Positions 1 to 16,927 of a DNA stretch of 64,000 bases are shown piece after piece. Source of the stretch: the human T2T-CHM13v2.0 reference genome, Homo sapiens. Where the stretch lies: the NCBI RefSeq assembly GCF_009914755.1, contig NC_060928.1. One strand, given 5' to 3'. The position numbers and the translations under genes are program-made. Below the pieces are notes generated by a model. It saw only the letters and a program-made list of their open reading frames with translations. It searched no databases and was not told the origin of the DNA. Numbering within the stretch: the first letter of the stretch is position 1; every line of letters starts with the position of its first letter.

Positions 1-1155
1 TTTCCAAAATTAAAAACTTCTCTACTGTGGAAGATACTGCTAAGAGAATAGAAAGGCAAGCCACAGACAGGGAAAAATTTTTGCAAAATACTTATCAGGA
101 GAAGAACTTATATTTAAACCATAAAAAGAACTTTTAAATGCATTAATAAAAACTCAATTCAATTTTTAAAATGGTATAGAGATTTGAATAGATTTTTTCA
201 CAAAAGAATATATATTATTGACAAACAAAGCACAGAAAAAAGATGCTTAAGTCATTAGGAAAATATGAATTAAAACCACAATGAGGTACCACTACATTAT
301 TTTAAAACCTGACAGTATCAATGCCGGTGGGGATGAGGTGAAACTAGAATTCTCATAACACTGCTTGTGGGAATGCAAAATGGTGCAGCCACTTTGGGAA
401 ACAATTTGCCAGTTCCTTATGGTGTTAAACACAATCCCACTGCTCGATTTTTATCCAAGAGAAATGAAAACCTACATCCACACAAAGTCCTGTGTACAAA
501 TGTTCAAAGCAGCTTTATTTATAATAGCTGAAACTAGAAACAACTCAAATGTCCTTTGACTGGTGAATACACAAACAAAATGTGGTACATTTGTATAATG
601 AAATAGTATTCATCAACAACAACAAAAAATTAACAAATTAAATTATCCGGGTGTGGTGGCATGTGCCTGTAGTCCCAGCTACTCAGGCTGAAGTGGGAGG
701 TCACTTGAGCCCAGAAGTTCAAGGCTGCAGTGAGCTATGATCATGCCACTGTATGCCAGCCTGGATGACAGAGCAAGACCGTATATCTAAAAATAATTTT
801 TTTAACTAACAAATGATCATTACACACAATATCGTGGAGGACTCTCAAAAGCATTTTGCTAAGCGAAAGATATCAGTCACGTAAGTCCACATACTGTATG
901 ATGTTATCCATAAGACTTTCTGGAAAAAGCAAAACCCCAGAGACAGAAGTCCGATCAGTTTTCATCAGGAGGTGGGGGAGGAAGAAGGTTCAAGGTACCT
1001 TCCAAAGGGAACTTCACGGGGTGGAGGTAATATTCTGTATCTGGATTGTGGTGAAGTTTACATGACTGTATTTGTCAAAACTCATAGAGCTATATATCTA
1101 AAATGGTTGAATTTTATTGTACATAAATTATACCTCAATAAACCTGACTATAAAA
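1..1155 (+). mobile_element. Old L1 (L1MB/L1ME-type) ORF2 3' end and 3' UTR, interrupted by an Alu monomer
   Basis: L1 motifs gcaagccacagac, aaaatggtgcagccactttggg, agagaaatgaaaacctacatccacacaaa; ends aaattatacctcaataaa. ORF 365..559 resembles the degenerate L1 ORF2 C-terminus. Confidence 0.85.
640..795 (+). mobile_element. Alu right monomer (AluJ/FRAM-like)
   Basis: gggtgtggtggcatgtgcctgtagtcccagctact...aggctgcagtgagctatgatc...gacagagcaagacc plus short A tail. Confidence 0.9.
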
Positions 1156-1259
1156 TTAAATTGGCATGTTTATAGATCCTATATATGGGAATTGTTCCCA
1201 TTTATCATTTCTATCTGGATATTCTTATAGACATAAATATTAATCTTTAAATCTTTGTT

Positions 1260-1407
1260 AATACAAATGTTAACATGTATCAGTTAACATTCCTGATGTT
1301 TATAGTAGGGTGATTGGGACTTTGAGTGACATTTTGAATTCTTCTTCATGCATTTCTGTATTTCTTGATTTTTAAAATAAGCATGTGCTGTTTTTTAAAA
1401 TAAAAAA
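1260..1407 (+). mobile_element. Ancient L1ME-type 3' end fragment
   Basis: gggtgattgggact...cattttctgtattt...aataagcatgtg...aaaataaaaaa resembles the L1ME terminus. Confidence 0.45.
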
Positions 1408-3213
1408 GTTTTATTTTTGCTAAGGGCTCAAAATAAAGGCTCCAAAAAATAAAGGATTAGTAAGATCTGAACAAAAGAAATCCGGAATGGCAATGAGGGC
1501 CCAGCAGAGCTGAGTAGAGGTGAGAATATGATTTCCATCAACTTGGCCTTTCTGGGTTTCAGGACTGGATCTGAGCAGGCAGTTGACCACTGACCTATCA
1601 TCTAGACTATGGTTTCCTCAGTAAAGGACCACTTTCCTACAATGATCTCTCAACTGCCTTTAGTTCTTGACTCCTAAGAGGTTTCCAACACACAGACTTA
1701 TATGGAGTCGGTGTATTCCCGGAATGCTCAGACAGTAGGGAGTTTCTTTAGATAGTTCTCGTATTGTATTGGCATACTCCTCTTTCAGTTCTTGGGAGAA
1801 TTTACTACATACTTTATGCAATGATTTTAGTAATCAAGTTACAGTCATACTGCTGATTTCCCTACAGAAAGTCAGGCAGCCGAAGTGGTGGCACGGCATA
1901 AATTGATACATGAAATCCACCATCTGTTCTCAATGTACGCAGCGGCTCCTCCACACCTGCCTGGACTTATCTTGAGAAGGAGAGCAACAAGAAGAAAAAA
2001 AAATCAAAATGTTTAATTAATGTTGCTGGGAAAGAAGGTGCAATCCAGCAAAACTGAAGTTACAGATACTCATAAGCTCACAGGCCTCTTCTTCAAAGCT
2101 GTTAAGGCGTAAGCTAGAAGTAAGTGGTCTTTGTAGCCCTCTGATGGCTCGTTGGGGATGGGAAAGTTAGCAAATCCTCTTATGTGAACTGCAGAGCCCA
2201 AGGGCGAGGAAAAGCCCGCTCTTGTGCTTTCACATTTCTGCCCTTGAAATACGACATAGCACCCCCGGGCACCTGCTGTCTTTTCATTTTCTCGCACTGC
2301 TGAATAAATAAGCATTTTAGGGAAAGCCAAGAACATAATGAAGGCTTAACTCAGAGTGCAGAAGTGTCTAGGGATGCCCACTACAGCTCAGAGGCCAAAT
2401 GTCACCAAGATCACTTCCATACACATAGACTCCATTCACTTTTTGAGGTCACCTGCATTGCCAATGACAGCTCAAAAGCGTAACATTTCACAGTTTCTTT
2501 CTCATGATCTCCTTAGGCCTACTAACTACACATATAAACTCAAATGATAAAAGGATGAACTAGCTATTTTTATAATCTCTCATTTTACTCTTCAAAGTGT
2601 TTAGGCAAGAATAAAATATATAACAATGCATAAATGAACCTGAACACTTGGCTCTTTAAGATTCCTCTAGAATATCCTTGGCATCTCTGTAGAGAAAAAA
2701 GGTAGCATGAAAAGAAGCCAAATCGTGCTTCACACACGCCCACTCCACTTCCCATGACACTCTGGGCACATCTTTTTAGAAAATAGGAATTCGGTCTTAT
2801 TCATTTAAGCTTCCATAAAGTAAGTAATGCATGATTTTTAAACTTTCTGTTTTGATGCGTAGGTGCCAACAGGCAACTTTCTCAGGTTGTCACCCTATTT
2901 AAAAGTTCCGAGAAAATCCACAGCATTAGACATGTCTCTTGTAAGTTACTGCGCCCCTTAGTAAACCACATGACAAGCTGGTAAATACAAGTATTCACAA
3001 GCAAATACGATGTGTTACAGGTGAACATAGCAAGCCCCTGGGCGATTGGGGAAAACGATGGACTGACTGAGAAAGCATTTAGGCATAGTGACTTGTTCCC
3101 GGACTGTCCAGAGAGGTTTAAATTCCTTGCTAGAAACTCTTATGAAAGGAAATGTGAGGTGGGCGGCAGAAAGGCTAAGGTGTTCTAGGCTGCAATAAGA
3201 AAAGTATACAATC

Positions 3214-4075
<862 letters not shown>

Positions 4076-4893
4076 GAGGGTCCACGAGCCCATATAATAA
4101 ACTTGGCTGTTGAGTGAGAATCTGGCACCCACCTACATAGGCGCTCACAGTTCAATTGATGATGGAAATAATATCACATTTCTTTCTGTTAGTAGAACCC
4201 TACATGGGCCGGGTAGAAGAGAAGGTGCTCTGTGTATGGAGGAAGTCTTTGAGCAAGCGAAATTACAGTGTTTGAAGAAACACACTTCCCTCTTTTATAC
4301 AGTTCCGAAACTGTTATAAAGATTTGGTTGTTTGAAGGGTTGAAAAACTACTGCTTCGTTAAGAACCACGCTGTGGCTTCAGGAAAAGGAAAAATCAAAA
4401 CTTGCGGGCATCGCAGACCGTGGCATTTATTATTCAATGGTTTGACACTGGAAATGCATATACCATGCAGCCTGCAGATTTATAGACTGCAGATTTTGTG
4501 GTATGTTAAAAATATTTTTTTGCAAGTGATTTGAAGTATGCTATTTATGATATTTCAGCAAAATGAGCTACTGTAACCTAAGTTAAACAAGTTATTCAAT
4601 AGTTTCAAGCAGCAAACTATAACCTAGCAAGACTTTGGAAGCTGAGGGGTGGTAGCACCCTCCTACTATAGGAAACTATTCTTCAATTATTTGTAATTAT
4701 TATTATTAGAATCATTTCATATCTTCTGGAGAGTTATTAAGAAGATGGGGTTGCTGATCTTCTTAATAACAAATTATCCAATTTATTATCTGTAATTTTG
4801 TTCCTCAAAACTTTCCCCCTTAAGTTGTTGTTGGATAGAAAAGGTTGCTTTTTTGTTTGACTTTTTACTAAATTATCATGGATTCTCACATAG

Positions 4894-4934
<41 letters not shown>
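4894..4934. repeat. (TA)n(TG)n microsatellite
   Basis: Directly visible dinucleotide run. Confidence 0.95.
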
Positions 4935-4936
<2 letters not shown>

Positions 4937-5104
4937 ATTGAACTCATATCTTTTCATTATAATTATTGGAAGCATAAACTGTATGAAACCTGACATTCTA
5001 TATTATTATTATTATTATTATTTTGCTTTCTGGCATTCAATATATTGCCTGTCCCAATTTATTTATTCTGAGTTTTCATTGCATTTATCATACTCTGTAA
5101 AATG

Positions 5105-5537
5105 CTCGTGCTAGTAATGGCTCCCAAAGATACATCTATATACAAATCCCCAGAATCTGTGAATGTTACCTTATTTGAAAACATGGTCTTTGGAGAATGT
5201 GATTATCCTGGATTATCTGGATGGGCTCTAAATGCAATCACATGTGTCCCTAGAAACGAGGGGTGGTGGGGGGTTGGAGAGAGACACACAGAGGAGAAGG
5301 CAATGTGGAGATGGAGGCAGAGACTTGAGTGATGGGGCCACAAGCCAAGGCATGCTGGTAGCCACCAAAATTTGGAAGAAGCAAAGATTAAATTTCCCCT
5401 AGGGCCTCCAGAGGGAGTGTAACCCCACCTCCATCTTGGTTTTGAATTTCTGGACTCCAGAAATGTGTGAGAATAATTTCTTTTACTTTTTCATCCAGTT
5501 CATGGTAACTTGTTACAGCAACCATATGAAACAAATA
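5105..5537 (+). mobile_element. MaLR solo LTR (MLT1C/D-like)
   Basis: aatggctcccaaagat...tgtgaatgttaccttatttg...gattatcctggattatctgg...ccacaagccaagg...ttgttacagcaaccatatgaaacaaata. Confidence 0.85.
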
Positions 5538-6689
5538 GTGTTCTTTCTTCTAGAGTTTGTTTTCCTACCTTCTCCCAACTCTAAATTGCTCACACAATGT
5601 TTGGGAATTTCCTTCCCCATCTCTAGGTTCTAAAATCCTGCCAGTGCTTCCAGGCTTAGCTTCACATGGTGTGGCCCCAGCAGCCTGCTGTGTCCACCCC
5701 AACCCGCATGACTGGGAGTCACTCAACTCCTCCTCTGAACACTCAACACAGGGAAAGCCCCGGAGTCCTCATTGTCTCATCTGAAAACCCTCTCATGATT
5801 GTTTGCAAACTGCATGAGATAAACTGAAAATATTTAGCATTGTATTCAGGGCAGAGTAGGTGTTCGGCCCACCTGTCGCCTTCCAAATTGCCAGTGCATA
5901 GCTGTATCTCTTTCCCAGCACACACTCCAGCAGGCGACTGCTGTCATTATGCCTTGTGAGGCGATCGGGGCTGAGTGAGCTTCCTAAGCTTCCCTCTTTT
6001 TCACCTAACACCTTTGCTTTCTATCATCCCTTTTCTGTTTTACTTTTATCTTAGAGGAAGAGGGTTTTTTCTTCCATTCCAAGGTTAAACTTTCCAACTA
6101 GGTTTTAATGTTCATCATTGGCGCCTCCTCTGGAGCCTCTAGCCATTTTCTCCTTCTGGAAAACATCTCAATCAATCCCTCTCTGTTTGCACTTTCTTCT
6201 AAACTGAAAAACAGAATGAGGTGCAACAATGTTAAAATAGAGAAAGAAAATGCAATTGCTCCCTTTCTCTCCCACCCTACTTGATTTTTTCCACAGTCAT
6301 TTTTTTTTTTAAGACTGCTTCCGATGCCTCACCATTCACGCATTCTAAATCATTTCTAACCTGGTCTCCGTGTTCACCTCTGCTATTTTTTTTCAAATTC
6401 ATTAGTGATTTCATAGTTATGAAGTCCAGTTACTGCTTCTGGGACATGATGCTGTTGCACCTAACTCTGCTGTGGCCTGCATATTGGATATCTCTGCTTC
6501 GATTCAAAATGTTTAAAATCGGTATCATTCCCCGATCTCCAATTTATCTTTTCATGTTCCTCTCAGTCTCTCACTTGGGTACCAAGTGTTCATCTTTGCT
6601 TTTTCCCCTTCTTTCCACCCAATCTGTGCTTCTGTCCTCCTCCTCCGCCTGACAGTTTTACGCCCTGAACATCTATATAATTTATTGTT

Positions 6690-7930
<1,241 letters not shown>

Positions 7931-8042
7931 TAAAAGAAAGGGAATCACTTAAGCTGTGTGGGTTTCTTCAGCTATAAAATAAAGGCGTCAGGACAGACTG
8001 CCTCTGAGATTCCTTTCAGATCTAAAATGTTATGAGTTTCAG

Positions 8043-8104
8043 ATTCTGCTTATTCTTTGTTTTTTAATTCTGCTTATTCTTTGTTTTTTAATTCTGCTTA
8101 TTCT
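8043..8104. repeat. ~24-bp tandem repeat, 2.5 copies
   Basis: attctgcttattctttgttttt(t)a repeated. Confidence 0.9.
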
Positions 8105-8187
8105 AATACTTTTTTATTTTGTGTCAGTAAACAAAAAAGTAAGTGGACTTTAGCATCTGTGAAATTAAACCCAAGAAGCCATCATAA

Positions 8188-9050
<863 letters not shown>

Positions 9051-9417
9051 ATTTTTCCATTTTATATAAAATGTTAGATTGGGTGCTAAGTTAATTTCTT
9101 CTCCTCCTGCTTATACTAGAAATCTTTGAGCATCAAAGTAAACTCAAGAATTTCAATTGCTTTAAGAAACTAACCTGAGTGTACAGAAGAATAAAGAGGT
9201 TAAAGAAAATATCCAGCTATGAAGGAACTTGGGAGTTGTTAATGTTCTAGAATTGCATCATGTATCTTTAAGGGGCAAAGGAGAGACATAATTTAAAACA
9301 TCCACTAGAGAGCTCTGCAACATTTCCTTTTTGCAAACATTAATCCATGTTAATTATTCCCCAGAGCAATGTCAGCATTCCCATAGATTCGATTCTACTG
9401 ATAAGGACTTTGATTAT

Positions 9418-9885
9418 GCACCCATGTTCACAGCAACCTTATTCACAATAGCCAAAAGGTGGAAACAACTCAAGGGTCCATGGACAAGTGAATGGGTAAA
9501 CAAAACGTGGTGCATACATATCGCAGAATATTATTTAACCTTAAGAAGGAAGGAAATCCTGGCACATGTCGCAACATGGATGAATTTTGTGGACAGTGTG
9601 CATGGTGAAGTAAGCCAGACACAGAAGGACAAATCCTGTATGATTCCAATCATAATGAAGTACCTGGAGAAGTCAAACTCGCAGAGACAGAAAGTAGAAT
9701 GGTGGTTGCCAGAGGCTAGGGTGAGGTGGCCAGTTATTGTTTAATGGGTACACAGTATTAGTTTTGGAAGATGAAAAAATTTTGCAGATGGATGGCAGAG
9801 ACGGTAGCCCAAGAATGTGAATACACTTAAGGCCTTATGGCTGTACACTTAAAAATGGCTAAAATGGTCAATTTTATGTTATTTA
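9418..9885 (+). mobile_element. L1MB-type 3' end
   Basis: cccatgttcacagcaaccttattcacaatagccaaaaggtggaaacaac...gtacacttaaaaatggctaaaatggtcaattttatgtta. Confidence 0.9.
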
Positions 9886-10459
9886 GAAAATGAGAATGGG
9901 GAGAAACCTTGAGCAAGTGAACAAGAAAATTATAGCCTTGAAAAAAACAAGAATAGGGAACTACATAATATATTCTTCTGTGATTTGAACACTCCGATTA
10001 CTATTGAGAGCTAGTGAAATTACTGGTCTTGAATTTTCTAAGGATGCTAGCTGTGGAGGAGAAGGAAGAAAGAGATAATCAGGCACAGAGTAGGGGAAGG
10101 CACTGGGGTTGCTATGCTGTGGAATGAGGAGGAAGAAAGAAGAGACAGAAAGGCCTTATCATACTAGGAAATGGATTGTCTTCTGCTGCCCTGTATTCCA
10201 GAGTGATGTGTGGTGAGAGGGCTTGACATGGGATCATAACATCTGCGAGTGTGAGCCTGGGGTAGGCGGGATGCATGGGCTGCAATACACCAGACAGCAC
10301 CACTGCCGCGCTGGAGCAAAGGCTCTGGGAGCTGCTTCCTGGGCTGGAGCCCACCCACTAGCAGGGCTGGAGCTTGTCAAACTTCATTATTCTCCAAGAT
10401 ACTGGGAGACCCGGGCCCTTCAGCACCTCACTCATGGATGTTAAATCTGGAATAGATAG

Positions 10460-11101
10460 CGTAGAGGTGAAGGGAATTTTCTTCCCTCCAGCTTCTGAAG
10501 GTTTGATAATTTGAGTCCATAAAACAAACTGACAATAGACAGGTTAACAGCCAGAAGGGCATGTGAATTTATTAACATGCCCATGGACATGGGAGTCCCA
10601 CAAACATGAGACTCAAAAAAGGGTCAGCTGACTGAAGTTTTTAGACTATCTTCCATTCCAGGCGATGGAAGGAACAGGGGCTAGGGGTTCCCCGGGGGAG
10701 GAGGCAACAAGGTTATGGGAGAGTGAAGGCAGGTAAGCCTGGTGAGCAAACGGTGTCTTGTTATGTGGATAAAACTCTCCTATAACCCTGGAGCTGCCCT
10801 CAGGAAGAGCAGATGGGAATGGGGTAAAAGTCTCTATCAGACCTTCAGCAGCGTCAGACTTTAGCCTTTTTTTCCCATGAGTTAACCTTTCCTAGATCCG
10901 GATGAGGAAGACAAGGGTGCCTCGGAGCCTGTCTGCATGGTCTGTCTACCTCCCGAATGCAGATTTTCCCTACAGATGCAAATCTGCCTCACAAAGGACA
11001 GCTTTTCAGAGCTATTCCTGTGTTCTCCAGCCCCTCTGAATACCGATCTCGAAATATGCCAAAGAAGCATATTTTAGGGTAAAATATTCCGGTTTCTTTC
11101 A
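10460..11101 (-). mobile_element. ERV1 solo LTR, MER4/MER34 group (LTR48/MER49-like)
   Basis: Minus strand begins TGAAAGAAACCGGAATATTTTACCCTAAAATATGCTTCTTTGGCATATTTCGAG; 4-bp TSD ATAG (10456-10459 / 11102-11105). Confidence 0.8.
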
Positions 11102-13181
11102 ATAGAACCACAGAAATATGCATGTTTTAAAAGAGCAAAGACATTATGGGAACATATTGAAGGAAAAATATGAAAAAGACAAGAGCAAAAGGATCAAACA
11201 CAGAAGAAAATGTTGGCAGGAGGTGTTGGGGAAAAGTGGGCGTGAGACTCACCAGGTGCTTCATGGCCCCCAGGGAACTTGCAGAACATCAAAATTAGAT
11301 TTTGACTGATTTTCCAACAAATTGGTTGGCTTCAGAAGTAAAAAAAAAAATAAACAGAGATAGTCATTTTTATTAGTAGTAATCATCAAAAATAAAAATC
11401 GATTTGAAAATTTCTGTGTAGGTTTTCAGTTTTACAGACATAATCTCCAGTTCCTTTTAAGAATGGTCTGAACCCAGAGCCCCTCTGTCCATACCAATTA
11501 CATCACATGTTACACTGAAGACTTGACCAGCCGTGTCACAAGCACCCAGATGTCTTACCTCGCAAGGCACCAGTGCCTCCCTGTAATTGCTGCACTGTCA
11601 GAATCAATATCTCTCTGGGGTCTGCTTTTGAGGTTCAGCCAATCAGCTCCATTGCGCTGACACAGCTCAGCTTATGCCAAAGAGAGCTGCCACCTCAGTC
11701 CCCACAAAAGAACAAAACACACCATCATCCCAGATGATGCAACCCACTCCCTCAGCAAACATCACTGTGACTTGAAAATCACAGACTCTCAGAGAATGAA
11801 GGAGGCCTGGAGACCAGCTCCTCGGAGCCTAGCACTTTCCTGAAGCACAGACAGGAGGGGCATGATCACACGGGGAGCCAGTGACTGAGCCGGGGATGCC
11901 TCCTGACACCCCGGCTGGGCCCATGTCCATGCTGCCATGTATGGCCAGGCATCAGTGTTTTAATGACCCCTTCATCTGATCACATGGCTTTGCACACTTA
12001 CTTTAATTTTAGACTTGAAAACATGTGATTTACTAGTTGTGTGCTTCTAAGAATCCATGACACAGACAAGAAAGAAGAATGAATTAGGACGATAGGCCCA
12101 CCGGGGGCCAAAATTCTCATTCTCAGCCTACCTCTCTTATGAGTGACAGGGCAAGCCCTGATGCCACTGAAGCAACAGCAGTGAACTAAGTCAGGGCCAA
12201 GGTACAGAGGACTTGTTTTGGTGTCACAGCACCTCCTGAACTCCTTGTCTGTATGTTTGCGTAATTCCCTACCATCCAAACTTCTACTCTATTGATCCAT
12301 CCCAACACAGAATCCAAGAAGACCAGGTAAGTCTTCCCTTGTCCTCATAACCGAAGCTCGACTTAGGTTCAGATCTCCAGTGGGAATGAATAAGCCAAGG
12401 AGGTGAGGGCAGTGGAGGAAAGTGGCAGCGGCGTGAGCATCCGTTCTGCTGCAGCAGATGCAGCGGTCATGGCGCCCGGGCGACACCTGGTGCTGCATGG
12501 CAGTGGCATCACCCCCGCCAGGATCCCGGGTGCACCGGGCCCAGTGCCCGGCTGCCTTCTTGCTCAGAGTCAGGTCTCAGTGTCTGTGGTCCTAGACAGT
12601 ACTTTCTGCTGATTGGCCCGGACAGGTCAGCTGAGAATGAAGGACTAGGGTTCTTCTCTGAGAACTTTGCCTCAACAATAAGAAACTTGAAGAACAGTGA
12701 CTTTGTCACACTGTAACATTAACAATTTCTTTTTCAGAGAAGTAAAATGTGGGCAAATTATAGTTTTCCTGAAAGAATTTAATTTTCAAATAATTCTGGC
12801 CAATCCCTTCATTGTTTTCTTTTGAAAATATTATTATCGGAAAAGTTTGGTCCCAAATTCTCAGCACAGAATTTCATTTGGATTAAAATTAGCCAGAGAG
12901 AATGATCAGTAAGGACCAGGAAAAGGGAGTGTATGAGAGTGATGGAGTTTGAAATCTCATTGAGTAGAAATCCCATTGACCACAATTATCCAGCTCTGAA
13001 CAAGGATCAAATGCTCATAGGCCAAAAAAAGCTCCGGATTAGGCCAAAGAATCTCACTTAACCAACTTGTATATAACAAATACTCCAGTGGATTCCACAG
13101 CAATTTCATTTTGGAATTTGTCATGGGAAATAGGTAGGAAAGACAGACTGAAATGGATTCATGCATAAAGAAATGCACTTA

Positions 13182-13563
<382 letters not shown>

Positions 13564-13861
13564 CTAGTAACTGGGTTTTGACATATGGAAATTCCTTACT
13601 TCTTATTTCAATTCACTGCTCTTTTCTAAACACAGAACTACTGTGTAGTGTAACAGGATGATTGGCAGGGGGTGCTCTGTGGCCCCTGGTGTGTGCCCCT
13701 AACAAAGAGCCATGTCCTCTGCAGAGAGTTCTTGGTGGAGGAGGCTCCACTGGGAAAAGCCAAGCCACTGGGTGGTGCGTTGCCCTCAAGTTTCCCAGTG
13801 ATGCCAGTGATACCTGCCCTAAATTACAAATGCTGCTTACACATGGCCAAAAAAAAAAAAA

Positions 13862-13919
13862 AAAGCACATGTCAGTGATTGGTTGTATTACAAAGCACGT
13901 CAGTGATTGGTTGTATTAC
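13862..13919. repeat. Tandem duplication of ~29 bp containing an inverted CCAAT box
   Basis: aaagcacatgtcagtgattggttgtattac followed by aaagcacgtcagtgattggttgtattac. Confidence 0.9.
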
Positions 13920-13954
13920 TGAGCTACTGGAAAAGCTGCAGCATCTGCAGCAAT

Positions 13955-14584
13955 TGCGGAGGCTCAGGAAACAGTACCCCAGATGACAGCCTCAGAAGCA
14001 AGAGCTTCTCTCTGCTCACTTCTGCCTTCCGGTTCCTCAGCCCAATTCTCCCCTGAGGCCAGATATAGAAACCAGAATCCCTCTTCCTCCAGGAGCGTCA
14101 CAGTAACCACAACCCCTTTGCCCCAGAGCCAGCCTTAAAACCTAAAAGTATTACTCTAACTTTCGCTCCGCCTTTCTGGGTAAGAACTGGCGATAAAGAC
14201 ACTCTCTGACCCACCTTGTTTGAGTGTAGGTATGAGATCCGATTCCAGAGAGGGCCCCACCCCACACCAGAAGGAAGGAAAGCTGACCAGAGAGGCCAGC
14301 AAGAATCTGGACAGACAGGCCTTGCTGGGTGTCCCCACTCAGTCTATTCTCATTAGACCACACCCTTTCGTCCAATCCTATGCCTACACAGCTGCCCATA
14401 CTTTGTTAAACCTAAGCATAAAAATGGACAGTTTCCCCTGTATCTTTGGGTCTTCAATCTGAAGGCTCCTATGTACACATTAAGAAAATTTGTACATCTT
14501 TTCTCAAATGAATCTGCCTTTTGTGAGTTGATTTTTCAGCGAACCTTCAGAGGGTGAAGGGAAAATTTCTCCTAGGCCCTGACA
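13955..14584 (+). mobile_element. ERV1 solo LTR (MER39-like)
   Basis: TG..ggctcaggaaacagtacccc..gcctcagaagcaa..aaaacctaaaagtattactctaa..gaaccttcagaggg..ggccctgaCA; TSD CAAT/CAAC. Confidence 0.8.
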
Positions 14585-14710
14585 CAACCATAACTACTGC
14601 AGTCTGAAACAGGTATGCTCCACAGCCTACAACAGGTATAGAAAGTCACGGAACACAGATGGCTAAGGTTCAAACTAGCACGAGAGGGCGTTCAAAAAGC
14701 TAAGGAGTTA

Positions 14711-15001
14711 GGCTGGGTGCAGTGGCTCACGCCTGTAATCCCAGCACTTTGGGAGGCCGAGGCAGGCAGATTACCTGAGGTCAGGAGTTCAAGACCAGCC
14801 TGGCCAACATGGTGAAACCCTGTCTCCACTCAAAAAAAAAAATTTAGCAGGATGTGGTGGCAGGTGCCTGTAATCCCAGCTACTAGGGAGGCTGAGACAC
14901 AAGAATCATTTGAACCCAGGAAGCAAAGGTTGCAGTGAGCCAAGATCATGCCACTGCACTCCAGCCTGGGCAACAGAGCAAGACCCCGTCTCAAACAAAC
15001 A
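14711..15001 (+). mobile_element. AluSx/Sz
   Basis: Full dimer; TSD aaaaagctaaggagtt / aaaaagctcaggagtt. Confidence 0.95.
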
Positions 15002-16385
15002 AAAAAGCTCAGGAGTTGGATAGCTCCACAGCAGGGGCTAACATTCCATCTAAGCAAAGTGACTATAATCCAACCACTTTTTGACGTCTAAATAAACTTG
15101 TGCCTTTAATGACTGTTTTCTGATTGACATCCCATTACTGCCTGAAGGCAAAACAAGCTGAAAGGGCAAGATTGTGTGATAGCCAAAGAAACTCATTCAC
15201 ATATTAAGCCATTGACAATTTTAAGACATATTCTAAATGGATCATTCTAGCAATTAAGTGGAGGGGAAATGAACGGTAGGGGACATAAGCAGGGAAACTA
15301 GAAAGAAAGTTTGACAGTTGATGTCAAAAATAAGAAAGGCTCAAACTAGCACCATGTCTGTAAGGAAGAAAAGAAAGGGAAAATTTCCCAAACATATATT
15401 TAGAAGTTAAATCAATCACACTCTATTCACTGGACGATGAAAGACTGGGTGAGGAAAATAAAAACATCAAGAATCATTGCTCGTGTTTTTGGAGGCAGTG
15501 TTGCTTGGGGTTAGTCAGTAACGGGTGGCAAAATAAGAACAAAATAATGACTACCAAAACACAAATGAAACTAACTAGTGGCTACGTTGATTTGCATCTC
15601 AGCCTTATTGCTTGTCTTTACCTCTGGGAAAAAAATTGAAGAAGTAATAGAAATAAAATGCAGAGTGGTATGGAGAGGGCGTCAGTTTAGCAGGAGGTAA
15701 TACCCAAATCTTTAGAAAAAGCAGAGAATGTTATTTGGATACCGTGAGCTTCACTGTAGAGGCCAAGGCATGGTGAGATTTAATAAAGGTGCACAGAGCA
15801 TAAATCTAAAAGGCGATTATGCTAGTATAACCCACACGATATTGTGGATGACGTGTTTAATGGCAACATCCTGATCCACTCTTGCCTAGGGGATGTTAAT
15901 GGAACTACACAAAACCTATCATGCTTTGGTTCAATGAGAGATTTTTTTTTTTAAGCTCATACTTCAAGCAAGGAACCTAAAATCTCTTCCATGATCACAG
16001 TGTGCAGAGGCAATACTAATTTTCAGAGCAGCCTGATCTGGAACAAAGGAGACAGGAATCAGGGCAGCCTCTGACAGAGTGCTCACAGGAGAAAGAGATG
16101 GTGCTGCCCGGTACAGCCCCTCCCAGCATTCACAGGCAATGGCTGGAGGTAAGAAGCACCAGGTCCGGTCTAGATAACAGCATTTGGGACACACAGCGGA
16201 TAATCCAAGCTGGGACAGGCAGAGGCTACTCCTTAGTCAGATGGTTAAGGTCTCGAAGAATTGGTGACTGTCATCAGGACCCGTTCTCTGTGTTTAAGTG
16301 TGCACAGGGATTTGGACATATTTTTTATTTTAGAGTGTAGATTCTGTCGTTCTCGAAAATCTTTTTCATTTTGTGAAGTAGCGAG

Positions 16386-16540
<155 letters not shown>

Positions 16541-16927
16541 TGAGTTTAAACCCACCTAACAACCAACTACGCAACATGCCCAGGCACTCCCAGAGCCAAG
16601 ATTGTCTAGTTGAGTCAAGGGCTTGATATCCAGAGTTGGAAAAATAAAGAGCTCTCCTTAACAAATTGTATCTGAATAAGTAGACTTGTGTTTGGGGGAG
16701 CCAAGTGTTACAGTAGAGCCCAACGAGTATTATACCTTCAGGCTTCGCACGTTCTTTACAGTCATAAGCACTCAGCAAATGGTTACCATACTGGACGCCA
16801 TGGAAGACTTATTAGAAGGGGGTAAAGTTGGAAATATGAAAATGAGTTAGGCTGTGGCCACAGCCTGGAGGAAAACAGGTAAGGGTTGATCTAAGATAGA
16901 GGCAACGGCACTAGAAAGGAGGAGACA

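Noticed and set aside
8043-8104. 24-bp tandem repeat as a functional element
   Set aside because: T-rich slippage duplication with no informative motif.
9331-9744. 137-aa ORF with TPMF-like ...LFTIAKRWKQ motif (also ORF 365..559)
   Set aside because: Degenerate L1 ORF2 C-terminal remnant, not a gene.
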